Shown here one piece after another: positions 16,791 to 26,004 of a stretch of DNA of 46,006 nt. The stretch is from a virus (Duplodnaviria > Heunggongvirae > Uroviricota > Caudoviricetes), in the IMG/VR virus record IMGVR_UViG_3300028886_000029, positions 1-46,006 of that record; one strand, given 5' to 3'. The notes beneath the pieces were generated by a model, which worked only from the letters and a program-made list of their open reading frames with translations, did not search any database and was not told the origin of the DNA. Position numbers and translations under genes: made by a program. Position 1 is the stretch's first letter. Each line of letters starts with the position of its first letter.

Positions 16791-16875
16791 TGGGAGTGGT
16801 TAGATTCGAACTAACTGTGTGTCATTGTGCTGGATTTACAGTCCAGTGCCCATCCACCATCTGAGCCGCACTCCC
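16791..16875 (-). tRNA. trnY: tRNA-Tyr(GTA)
   Basis: ctgga-ctgtaaa-tccag; long variable arm. Confidence 0.9.
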
Positions 16876-16956
16876 GTAATTAAATTCTTTTTGAATTTAG
16901 AAGTCAACGTATCTCATCTTCCTACGGTTTAAAAATCCGAAAAACATACGTGGTTG

Positions 16957-17039
16957 TGGGCACTGAGAGACTTGAACTCTCACGTCATTAAGACACATGC
17001 TCCTTAGGCATGCCTGTCTACCAATTCCAGCAAGCACCC
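16957..17039 (-). tRNA. trnL: tRNA-Leu(AAG)
   Basis: catgc-ctAAGga-gcatg; class II Leu body. Confidence 0.88.
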
Positions 17040-17249
17040 AAATTGTGTTGCAAATATATTACTATTTTTTTAAAAACCCAAATTTTTATGTACAAAAATA
17101 ATATTTTTCACATCAAAATCATCTGTGTAATTCAACACTTCTTTCAAAAATGTTTCCATTGTATAACCACTATGGTTTTTAAATTCTTCTTCCAACTGTT
17201 TATGATTTTCCAAAATATTATCCATAATCATTAAATTTTATGTTTTTTG

Positions 17250-17323
17250 TGGGCAAGGTAGAACTCGAATCTACGGTCTCTTGAATATCAGTCAAGTGCT
17301 TTAACCAACTAAGCTACTCGCCC
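17250..17323 (-). tRNA. trnI: tRNA-Ile(GAT)
   Basis: cttga-ctgatat-tcaag. Confidence 0.92.
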
Positions 17324-17336
17324 TTATTTTATTTTG

Positions 17337-17419
17337 TGGGCACTGAGAGACTTGAACTCTCACATCACGAAGGATACATGCTCCTAAGGCATGCGTGTCT
17401 ACCGTTCCACCAAGTACCC
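17337..17419 (-). tRNA. trnL: tRNA-Leu(TAG)
   Basis: catgc-ctTAGga-gcatg; paralog of 16957-17039. Confidence 0.92.
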
Positions 17420-17425
17420 ATTTTG

Positions 17426-17499
17426 AGTTTCAGGTGAGATTCGAACTCACGGATGTCAGTTTTGCAGACTGATGTGTTAAACCACTTCACCACTGAAAC
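17426..17499 (-). tRNA. trnC: tRNA-Cys(GCA)
   Basis: tcagt-ctgcaaa-actga. Confidence 0.92.
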
Positions 17500-17507
17500 A
17501 AATTTTG

Positions 17508-17582
17508 CAGAAGCGGAAAGATTCGAACTCTCATCAGGCAACTTTGGAGGATGCTATGCTTAACCATTTACACCACGCTTCC
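17508..17582 (-). tRNA. trnW: tRNA-Trp(CCA)
   Basis: gcatc-ctccaaa-gttgc; GGAAGCG/CGCTTCT acceptor. Confidence 0.85.
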
Positions 17583-17723
17583 ATATTAACTATCTTACAA
17601 ATATCGTACCAAAATAAATAAAAAAACCTCCAAAGTTTTTAATTCTTTTTGTTGAAGGAATTTTTTACTAGGAGGTTGGGAAAATATGTTGTGGTTAGAA
17701 ACCTATGTGTTACTTGTTTTTTC

Positions 17724-17846
17724 TCATGTTTTCCTTACTCCTACCTTTTTTTTGAGTGATGGTTGTTCACTTGTGGGTACAGCAATACTGAGACTATAAT
17801 GTCTATTAGCCTCAAAAATTACTGATGTATTAAACCATTGACTCAT
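17724..17846 (-). CDS. Possible 40-aa peptide (MSQWFNTSVIFEAN...)
   Basis: ATG at 17846 downstream of TATTTATA (17871-17878). Confidence 0.4.
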   Translation of the reverse strand: MSQWFNTSVIFEANRHYSLSIAVPTSEQPSLKKKVGVRKT

Positions 17847-17917
17847 AATATGTTTTCTTTTTTTTCCGTATATAAATATATAATCATTTAAAAAAATCTG
17901 ATTTTTTTCAAAAAAAA

Positions 17918-18787
17918 TCAAGGATTTTTTAAAAAATCTTCTAATTTAAACGGGTTTTCTTCCAAAATTTTTTTATTGATGTTTACCAAACTGTTTTCAC
18001 TATACAAATCTTTATGCGCCTTAGCTAAAATTTTACCAATTTTGGTTTTGTAATTGTTAACTACTTTTTTTGCTATATTGTACCACCATTTGTAATGTTT
18101 GTTAAAATTTTTAAAAACAATATTTTCTATTATCTGTCTTGTAAATATTGAGTCACTTTCCATGTATTTTTCAATAAGCACAATATTAGAATAGGTATCA
18201 GTTTTTTTTACCGTTTCCATTGGCTCTTTTTGCGGATTGTCAATTATTGTACGGTATATATCATTAGCGAATGCATCTTTTTCAAATTTGTTGTTATAAT
18301 AAATCGTAAACCCAACAAGTGTTTCGTAAAAATTTTGTTTACTTATACCATTCGTTATTAAGTTCACTGCGGTTTGATATATTGGTACACTTTGGGGTGT
18401 CAAAAGGTACTTTTTTGATTTAACAATTTGGTATACATGTTCTAATTCATGCTGTGTAGTACCATCGTAGTCTATGTATTTGTTAATTTCTTTAATATAA
18501 CATACCGAAACATAAATATCGTTTTTTTTGGTTGACCTACCTGGGTTGCTGTTTTGTGTTTTTTCTTTGTCTTTCATCGTTTCGAAAAAATACAATGTAT
18601 AAAACACATTGTATTTTTTACCAAAAAGGGGGTAGTTTTTTAAACAACCATTTTTAACATCACTATATGGTTGTTTCTTAGCATCTTTGGAAATATCGGA
18701 AATTAAGATATTCGTTGTGTCAGAAACCAATTGACTGATTCCTAACTCTTCATTTAGTTCTTGGACAATTTCTTCAAAAAGTGTCAT
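17918..18787 (-). CDS. HEXXH zincin-like protein (putative virion internal protein)
   Basis: TTQHELEHVYQ; N-terminal EIVQELNEELG leader. Confidence 0.7.
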   Translation of the reverse strand: MTLFEEIVQELNEELGISQLVSDTTNILISDISKDAKKQPYSDVKNGCLKNYPLFGKKYNVFYTLYFFETMKDKEKTQNSNPGRSTKKNDIYVSVCYIKEINKYIDYDGTTQHELEHVYQIVKSKKYLLTPQSVPIYQTAVNLITNGISKQNFYETLVGFTIYYNNKFEKDAFANDIYRTIIDNPQKEPMETVKKTDTYSNIVLIEKYMESDSIFTRQIIENIVFKNFNKHYKWWYNIAKKVVNNYKTKIGKILAKAHKDLYSENSLVNINKKILEENPFKLEDFLKNP

Positions 18788-18832
18788 GTTTTTTAAATTA
18801 TTTAACTATTTATTACAAAAAATTAAACTGAT

Positions 18833-18970
18833 ATGGCATGTTCATGTAAACAAAAAACTGAGGTAAAACAACCGGTTAAACAAGTGGTGAAAACAGTGGC
18901 GAAAAAAACACCTAACACAACAGTTAAAAAAACTTCTGTTAGAAAAATTATATATAGAAGACCCATATAA
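18833..18970 (+). CDS. 45-aa basic peptide MACSCKQK... (not in the ORF track)
   Basis: Translated by hand; CTATTTAT at 18806-18813 directly upstream. Confidence 0.6.
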   Translation: MACSCKQKTEVKQPVKQVVKTVAKKTPNTTVKKTSVRKIIYRRPI

Positions 18971-18971
18971 A

Positions 18972-19182
18972 TTAAAGACCAACAGATAAAGGATATTTTA
19001 CTGATGGATATGACTGATATTCTTTAATTTTTATATCATCATAAGTAAACTCTTCTATATTTTTTCTCTCAGGATTAATCCATAATTTAGGAAGCCCATA
19101 CATGTGTGGGTTTCTATTTTTTTGCTCTTTTTCGTAAATTTCAATTTGGTTTTCATATACATGCACATCACCAACAGTATAA
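18972..19182 (-). pseudogene. thyA: Orphan duplicate of the thymidylate synthase 3' end
   Basis: YTVGDVHVYENQ...RNPHMYGLPKL...FTYDDIKI...YPSVKYPLSVGL parallels the C-terminus of 20396-21955. Confidence 0.85.
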
Positions 19183-19183
19183 A

Positions 19184-20326
19184 TTAAAAGATGTTTTTTA
19201 CTATATTATTCCATTTGTTTCTCTTCATAGCAGAAACAGCCTTCTTTTCCGCATTCCAAAACTCACTATAAGATGAATATTTTTTTGCAATTTTTAAAAC
19301 TTCATCAAGTGTCCATCTATGTCTCAATTCTATGAAATATTTTTCCGAAAATTCTTTCATATATCCATTTTTTAAAACCCATTGATATGCTGAAGCATTT
19401 TTTTGTTCAAATTCTTTCTTTGTTTTACATGTTTTTGCAATAATTTCACAATCTTCTAAATTCCACATTTTTTTTGCTTCTCGTTTTGTTTTTTCTTCAC
19501 CAACATAAGAAAAACCATAAATTTGTTCTCTACATCTATAACAAACTGTAAGATAATTTATACCGGTCTTTTTTGAACATTCCATTGCTGACTCATAAAC
19601 AATTCCGTTGTATCGAACCTTTTTAGCATCAGCGGGAATTTTACCTTTCATTTGTTCTGAAAGTTTTTTCTTAGTTTCTTCAGTATGATGTTTTCCATAA
19701 AAAGAATTTTTTTCACCAGTTCTTTTTGAAAAAGACACTGATAATTTTTGTTTTATTTCTGCTGCTCGTTCTATTCCATACACTTCTTCAAATGTTTTTC
19801 CTTTTATGTAATTATCATGTGTTTTAAAATATTCCTTCTTTTCTTTAGATGCCTTTTCCCGTTGTTCTTTAGTCCATTTATTGCCAAAATTTGGGTTTCC
19901 CTTTCCTCTCAATTTTTCAGAATACACTTGTTTTTCCTCATCAGTTTTTGAGTCCCATCTATTTTTAGTTGCAATTCTTTGTTTCTCTTTTATTTTATTT
20001 AAAAAAGGATGATATGAAACAATATCCCCACCACTTCCGTTCTTTGAAACATTATACAATTTTCCACTATTCCAACAAAAATTAATGTATCTTTCTTCTA
20101 ATGCCCTAAGTTCTTCTTCTGATGAGAATTCTCTTGCTTTAATTATCACAAAGTCAAAATTTTCACCGCCATATTTATTGTATGCTCTCTGTAAATAAAC
20201 TGAATGATGTTTATTAGACTTTAGTTCGTTAAAATGTCTTTCTTTTCTTACTTTGGGGTTTAATGTGGACCCGATGTAAAACTTGTTTGTTTTATTATTT
20301 ATAATTTTATAAATGTATCCTATCAT
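19184..20326 (-). CDS. GIY-YIG homing endonuclease with NUMOD3-type repeats
   Basis: GYIYKIIN..FYIGST, LYN..GGD, NPNFG, NSFYGKHHTEETKKKLSE; CTATTTAT at 20348-20355. Confidence 0.92.
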   Translation of the reverse strand: MIGYIYKIINNKTNKFYIGSTLNPKVRKERHFNELKSNKHHSVYLQRAYNKYGGENFDFVIIKAREFSSEEELRALEERYINFCWNSGKLYNVSKNGSGGDIVSYHPFLNKIKEKQRIATKNRWDSKTDEEKQVYSEKLRGKGNPNFGNKWTKEQREKASKEKKEYFKTHDNYIKGKTFEEVYGIERAAEIKQKLSVSFSKRTGEKNSFYGKHHTEETKKKLSEQMKGKIPADAKKVRYNGIVYESAMECSKKTGINYLTVCYRCREQIYGFSYVGEEKTKREAKKMWNLEDCEIIAKTCKTKKEFEQKNASAYQWVLKNGYMKEFSEKYFIELRHRWTLDEVLKIAKKYSSYSEFWNAEKKAVSAMKRNKWNNIVKNIF

Positions 20327-20395
20327 AACTAAAAATCTCTTATACTAATAAATAGCATAAAAGATTAAAAAGTAAAGCGAAAAACAAATTATTTT

Positions 20396-21955
20396 TCACA
20401 ATCCAACACTAAGAGGCATTTTGATTGCTGGATATGACCTATATCCTTCAATTTTTATGTCTTCGTAAGTGAAATCTTCTATTTTAGTTATGTTTGGGTT
20501 TAATTTAAGTGTTGGTAAAGCATACATATGTGGGTTTCTTGATAATTGTTCTTTTAAAGGTTCTATATGATTTTCATAAACATGTACATCACCACCTGAA
20601 AATATAAGTTCATCAACATCCATATTAGCACATTGTGCTATCATATGTGTTAGGATTGAGTATGAAAGTGCGTTGAAGCACCAACCTAAACCACAATCCA
20701 CGCTGCGCTGATTCCACATACAACTTAATTTTCTTCTTGGAATATCCCATTCGTCAAGGAGTTCATAATTATTTTCGTGCATCCTTATACCGACATTATC
20801 CTCATAATATTTAAGTCTTTCTTCCAATGTCATTTCTTTTGTATAGAATTGACAGCAATAATGACAAGGTGGTAATGCCATATCATGAAGTTTACCAACA
20901 TTCCAAGCAGAGACAATCAATCTTCTATCATCAGGATTAGTTTTAAGTTTTTCTATAACTTCCTTAATTTGATTTATACCGTCCCAATTTGTCCATTGTT
21001 TTCCATAGACAGGTCCAAGGTCTCCATAATGATACACTGACTTGTCGTTATTGTACAAATGTTCACCAAAACTTCCTAGTCTGACAAATTTTAGGAAAAT
21101 TTCTTTACTGTAGGCTTTTTCATACCCTTCAACACCTTTACATCTTTTAACCACTTCAAGGTAATACCTATAAGCATCATCATCCCAAATATGAACATTG
21201 TTTTCAACCAAATATTTTATATTGGTGTCGCCTTTAAGAAACCAAAGAAGCTCATGAATAACTCCTTTTGTATAAACCTTTTTGGTGGTGAGGATGGGTA
21301 AACCTTCTTTAAGGTTAAACCTTAACTGTTTACCGAACAAAGACCTTGTTTTACCGGCTCTTGTATCTTTGGTTTCACCGTGTTCAATAATATCATTAAC
21401 CAAATCAAGATATTGTTCATCAACATGATTATTGAGACCTTTACATTTAACATAAGTCATGGCGTATGCTTTTCTGTTTTCTATTTCTGTTGGTCTTCCT
21501 ACTTCCTCCCATTCATTGTTGGTGACAATATCAGGAAAAAATGTGTCAGCATCAGGTACATCAACCGCAAGCATATCAATTAAAACCTTATCAACAAGAT
21601 TTTGTGATAAAGCATAGTCATATATACTTGCGCCACCAATAATGAAAATTTCTTCATCAATCGTCTTGGCAAATTTTATTGCCTCTTCAAGTTTATCACA
21701 TATTCTAATATTGGTATCGGTATTATCTTGCCATATGTGAGTTCTTGAAGTAACAACAATATTCATTCTGTTTGGAAGTGGATGACCAATCGCTTCAAAT
21801 GTTTTTCTACCCATAATAACAGGGTGTCCTGTTGTTGTGTCTTTAAACCATTTTAAATCCGCCTTATTATGCCAAGGCATATTTCCTTTTATACCAATAG
21901 GGAAACCATGATTTGGTACATAGTTTCCCACGGCAACAATAATGTTAACACTCAT
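20396..21955 (-). CDS. thyA: Bifunctional dihydrofolate reductase-thymidylate synthase
   Basis: DHFR IG..MPW..DLKWFK..VIMGRKT..IIGGA; TS LLWFL, LGPVYG.QW, MALPPCH, WNQRSVD, GDVHVYENH. Confidence 0.95.
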   Translation of the reverse strand: MSVNIIVAVGNYVPNHGFPIGIKGNMPWHNKADLKWFKDTTTGHPVIMGRKTFEAIGHPLPNRMNIVVTSRTHIWQDNTDTNIRICDKLEEAIKFAKTIDEEIFIIGGASIYDYALSQNLVDKVLIDMLAVDVPDADTFFPDIVTNNEWEEVGRPTEIENRKAYAMTYVKCKGLNNHVDEQYLDLVNDIIEHGETKDTRAGKTRSLFGKQLRFNLKEGLPILTTKKVYTKGVIHELLWFLKGDTNIKYLVENNVHIWDDDAYRYYLEVVKRCKGVEGYEKAYSKEIFLKFVRLGSFGEHLYNNDKSVYHYGDLGPVYGKQWTNWDGINQIKEVIEKLKTNPDDRRLIVSAWNVGKLHDMALPPCHYCCQFYTKEMTLEERLKYYEDNVGIRMHENNYELLDEWDIPRRKLSCMWNQRSVDCGLGWCFNALSYSILTHMIAQCANMDVDELIFSGGDVHVYENHIEPLKEQLSRNPHMYALPTLKLNPNITKIEDFTYEDIKIEGYRSYPAIKMPLSVGL

Positions 21956-21958
21956 TGT

Positions 21959-22660
21959 TTATTCTTTTGACTTTGTTATAATTTCATCAATAAGACCATA
22001 AGTTCCATATACACCAGGAAGTGCCTCATTAGGCATCAGCCAATGGTCTCTATCAGCGTCCTTTTCAATTTCCTCAAATGTCTTACCTGTATTTTCAGCC
22101 AATATATTGTAAAGGATATTTTGCCATTTTTGTGATTCTCTTGCCTCAATCTGAAGGTCAGCGTTTTTCAAATACCCATTGTATGACGCAACCTGATGAA
22201 TCATAATTGTGCTGTTAGGTAATGCGTATCTTTTACCTCTCACACCTGATGACAAGAGTATTGATGCCATTGATGCGGCCATTCCCATACAGTAAGTAGC
22301 AACATCAGGTAACACAAAATTACATGTATCTCTGATACTTAACCCATCAATAACCGAACCACCACCACTTGATATGAACATTTTAATTGTGTCATCAATA
22401 TCTGAAATTGAATTAAGATAAAGAAGTTGTGCGTTAATCACACTTGCGGTATCACCATCAATTTCACCTGAAAGATAAATAATCTTCTCTCTAATCAAGG
22501 CAGAAAACACATCCATTGACGCAACATTAAGTGGTCTTTCCTCAATAATTGTAGGACTTATGATTCTGTTTTTAAGCATGTTGTTGTATCCATTAGTTTT
22601 ACTTGTACTAACGCCTTTGTCAATGGCAAATTTCTCAAAATCATTTAACTTATAATTCAT
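21959..22660 (-). CDS. clpP: ATP-dependent Clp protease proteolytic subunit
   Basis: ISSGGGSV, GMAASMASILL, IMIHQ, DADRDHW. Confidence 0.93.
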   Translation of the reverse strand: MNYKLNDFEKFAIDKGVSTSKTNGYNNMLKNRIISPTIIEERPLNVASMDVFSALIREKIIYLSGEIDGDTASVINAQLLYLNSISDIDDTIKMFISSGGGSVIDGLSIRDTCNFVLPDVATYCMGMAASMASILLSSGVRGKRYALPNSTIMIHQVASYNGYLKNADLQIEARESQKWQNILYNILAENTGKTFEEIEKDADRDHWLMPNEALPGVYGTYGLIDEIITKSKE

Positions 22661-22713
22661 AATATTTTAATTTTTAACAAATATATAAAAAGTTATTTTA
22701 AAAAGCAAAAATA

Positions 22714-23655
22714 TTAGTCCTCATGTTTTAACAACATTGGCGGATTAACATGTGTGATTTCATCCGTTATAGGTTCAATTTCTTTATCATCGTAATAAAC
22801 TGATGCCGCACTACCAATACCTTTAATTAGCTTGTTCAATCTAAAATTGATTTTTTTTCTAAATTCTTTTTTAAATGATAATAGTCCATCATGATATGGT
22901 TTAATGTTTATTCCACTTTTTCGTAAACTTGCGTTTATTTGATGATAATTATCATTGTTAATCGCACGAAACAAATCAGGTAAAATTTCTTTTATTTTCT
23001 TATATAGACAATATGCTTGACTTTCTTGAATGTCATGTCTGAAATTTTTTCTCTCTGAATTACAGCTTTGTAAAGAACCATAAACAGACGTTATTAAAGC
23101 GTTTAGTTCAGTTTCTGAAAATAATCCATAAATAATAAGTTCTAAAATTTCTTTAAGATAATCATCAATTTGTATGTCAGCCGTGTCAATTTTTGACTTT
23201 GCTGCACTGTTCGCATATCTTCTTGCAAACCCCCAATTATTAATTATATCTTGATAGTAATCGTACACATGGTTTAGTTCATGATACAATGATGTCAAGA
23301 TAGTTTTAGTGTACAAAACATGTTTGTAAGAATAAGCATATATAAAAATTTTAGCGTTTTTTAATTTACCGTTAACAATTTCGTTTGTGTATTTTACTGT
23401 TGTTTTTCCCCCACCACTCAAAAATTTACCATTAACATTTTCAGTAACCGTAATTTCAAGATAAAGATTTTCAACAAAATCAATTTTTTGTGTAATTTCG
23501 TTTGGAAGTACAAAATTTGTGGTTCCGGTAAATTTGTTTTTCCATATGAAATCTTGACAATATTTAATAATTTCTTTAGCTACATTATTATATTTTGATG
23601 CGGCAACACCTCTTTCTTCGACTAATCTTATTATTTTTTCTTCTGATAGAACCAC
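22714..23655 (-). CDS. HEXXH zincin-like protein
   Basis: SLYHELNHVYD; downstream SETELNA. Confidence 0.7.
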   Translation of the reverse strand: MVLSEEKIIRLVEERGVAASKYNNVAKEIIKYCQDFIWKNKFTGTTNFVLPNEITQKIDFVENLYLEITVTENVNGKFLSGGGKTTVKYTNEIVNGKLKNAKIFIYAYSYKHVLYTKTILTSLYHELNHVYDYYQDIINNWGFARRYANSAAKSKIDTADIQIDDYLKEILELIIYGLFSETELNALITSVYGSLQSCNSERKNFRHDIQESQAYCLYKKIKEILPDLFRAINNDNYHQINASLRKSGINIKPYHDGLLSFKKEFRKKINFRLNKLIKGIGSAASVYYDDKEIEPITDEITHVNPPMLLKHED

Positions 23656-23695
23656 AAATCACTCAATTATTTTAACAAATCTTTCACTACTATTA

Positions 23696-24544
23696 TTATA
23701 AATTGATTAATTCTTCCATATCATTATTAATATCATCAATGTTATTTATGGAAAATTTATAATAACCGCCATCAGGATTAGGCACATCAACATATTCATA
23801 TGTGTAATCATCTTTATTTGATATGTCCCAAACGACAAAACCATGTTCGGTTATACTTTCACCAAAGTTTTTTTGATTAATGGAGGAACAATAAACCACT
23901 TTCACACCATTTTTCTTGATTTCCTGTCTTTTATGAATATGACCAGCAATAACAAAATCACAATTTTCAAAAACATTAGGGTCAATACCATTCTCTGTAA
24001 CATAGTTAGTTACGGTTACCGCACCATTAACATCACCATGGATTAAACCGATATATGTTTTGTCCTCACCATATTTTGTTTTTGCCGCTTTGATATCAGG
24101 AGTGTTAAAACCGTCAAAAGAAGAATAAAGACACCATACGACATTGTTATCCCTATAACATCCTGATTTGTAATTGAGATGTTTGTCAAGGTATCCGACA
24201 TTCTTCATATTACTGATTTCAAATACTGGTGTTATTGAATCAATTCTGTCCGTATTGTTCATTAACATGTCATGATTTCCTGCGATAACAATTGTTTTAC
24301 AGATGTTTCCTAATTCCGAAAGGAACCAATGCGTCGCGATTATACTCTCATTTGAACAGTCAATTTTGTTAGTGAACAAGTCACCTGCGACAACTATCCT
24401 GACACAATCATTGTCTTCCTCTGAGTTAACAATCTCTTTACACTGTTCAATAAATGATGACAAGATATTTTTCAGTTCTTTAATGCCACGAAGGTTTGGC
24501 ATGTGTATATCAGCACATGCTATTATTTTTTTTATGTCACTCAT
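23696..24544 (-). CDS. Calcineurin-like metallophosphoesterase (SbcD/Mre11/gp47-like)
   Basis: ADIH, AGDLF, IAGNHD, LIHG, AGHIH motifs. Confidence 0.88.
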   Translation of the reverse strand: MSDIKKIIACADIHMPNLRGIKELKNILSSFIEQCKEIVNSEEDNDCVRIVVAGDLFTNKIDCSNESIIATHWFLSELGNICKTIVIAGNHDMLMNNTDRIDSITPVFEISNMKNVGYLDKHLNYKSGCYRDNNVVWCLYSSFDGFNTPDIKAAKTKYGEDKTYIGLIHGDVNGAVTVTNYVTENGIDPNVFENCDFVIAGHIHKRQEIKKNGVKVVYCSSINQKNFGESITEHGFVVWDISNKDDYTYEYVDVPNPDGGYYKFSINNIDDINNDMEELINL

Positions 24545-24912
24545 TTCTTTTTCTTTTTTTGTTGTTCATCATGTTTTGCGATTTCCTCATAGTCGAAGTC
24601 ATACTTGAGACCCCATTGGAGATTCCACCATTGAAATTCTCTTTCCATTGTGCTTTTCTTTACTGATTTCGGTTGCCAATCATAAAAATGGTCGTAGAAA
24701 AATTGTCTCCATTCAAGAAACTGTTCAAGTGTCTTGAAAGTGTATTTAGTCCACCATTGCATTTTCTGTTGCTCATCTTTCGTCAGTTTGATGATATCAG
24801 CATATCTCATATCAGCACCTGCGATTTCCAGTTCTTTGTTAATAACAAGTTCCACAAACTCATTATCAGTTAATTTTTTCTTATATGCCATTGGTTTTGT
24901 TGTTTTTAACAT
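24541..24912 (-). CDS. Hypothetical Trp-rich protein
   Basis: 123 aa ORF coupled to both neighbours. Confidence 0.7.
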   Translation of the reverse strand: MLKTTKPMAYKKKLTDNEFVELVINKELEIAGADMRYADIIKLTKDEQQKMQWWTKYTFKTLEQFLEWRQFFYDHFYDWQPKSVKKSTMEREFQWWNLQWGLKYDFDYEEIAKHDEQQKKKKK

Positions 24913-24918
24913 TATTTT

Positions 24919-25944
24919 TTAGACTAACAACTCAATCTCATTGAATTGTTTTTTATTTTTAAAAATTTTTATCATATTCTGTTTTCCACCCTGCTCATAT
25001 GCCTCACCAAAATCTTTCCAAGGTAGTGTGTCACTACCCAATTCAACATACCAAATTTTATTTCTTAATCTTCCTATGTTAAGTAAACTATACATTCTTT
25101 TGATTTCAGTCTTATCAACATCACCATCAAGACAAATAATCACATTCGCGTTGGCTTTGTTATATAAGTTTTTATATAGTTCACTGTCTTTGGTTAATGA
25201 TTTACCTAATAAAGACACTGTGTTTCCGTTACCGTAAATACAATCAATCGCACCTTCACAAAGCCATATGTCCGCACACCATTTTATTTTTTCCTCTTGA
25301 AAGATTATTTTTTTCTTGTCAACATCACAATTTTTGTATTTTGTTTTTTTGGGATTACCTGAAAAATCTCTTCCAACCCAATAATTCAAATCACCGTTAC
25401 AATCATAAGAAGGAATTATTATTCTATCTCTGTCTTGCCATTTCTCCTCATCCCAAGTGGTATAACCGATGTTGTAAAAGTCAATTATATCTTGCGTGAT
25501 GTTTCTTTTTTTGAGATATTCAACTAGTTTGTTTTTTCTACATTTCTCTAAATTAATTTTTGTATATGTTGGTGGTAATGTTAGGTTGTTTGTAGTACCA
25601 AATAAAGTATTTTCGTTATCTTTGAACAAATCAAGGTCATAATATTTGTTTTCTTTAAGGTCTTTAATAACAGAGAAATAGTCTGATAACATTTCACTGC
25701 TACCCCATCTCTTGATTAACCTTGATATCGTTCCACCATGATTACAACACCATGTGTGAAATTTTCCCAAAGACAAAGAAACCTCCAAATTGTATTTCAT
25801 GTCAGGTGTGCCGCCGTTTTCCACTGTCTCCCAAGGACAGTTAAACTGATATTGAGTCTCATTAGTGCTGAATCCACCTTGTTTGGATTCACCCAATATT
25901 GAGACTAATATGTTGTACACCTGCCTGACTTCTATTGGTAACAT
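24919..25944 (-). CDS. dnaG: DNA primase (DnaG/gp61-like, TOPRIM)
   Basis: Degenerate Zn ribbon, YLKKRNI, KYKN, LCEGAIDC, ICLDGD, KDFGE. Confidence 0.85.
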   Translation of the reverse strand: MLPIEVRQVYNILVSILGESKQGGFSTNETQYQFNCPWETVENGGTPDMKYNLEVSLSLGKFHTWCCNHGGTISRLIKRWGSSEMLSDYFSVIKDLKENKYYDLDLFKDNENTLFGTTNNLTLPPTYTKINLEKCRKNKLVEYLKKRNITQDIIDFYNIGYTTWDEEKWQDRDRIIIPSYDCNGDLNYWVGRDFSGNPKKTKYKNCDVDKKKIIFQEEKIKWCADIWLCEGAIDCIYGNGNTVSLLGKSLTKDSELYKNLYNKANANVIICLDGDVDKTEIKRMYSLLNIGRLRNKIWYVELGSDTLPWKDFGEAYEQGGKQNMIKIFKNKKQFNEIELLV

Positions 25945-26004
25945 ATCTTTTTTTTACAAAAATACAAATAAATAATGGGAACGATATACATGTTGGCTAA
26001 GGTG

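Noticed and set aside
19184-20395. Group I intron in thyA
   Set aside because: The upstream gene is already complete with its own stop, and there is no room or motif for an intron core around the endonuclease.
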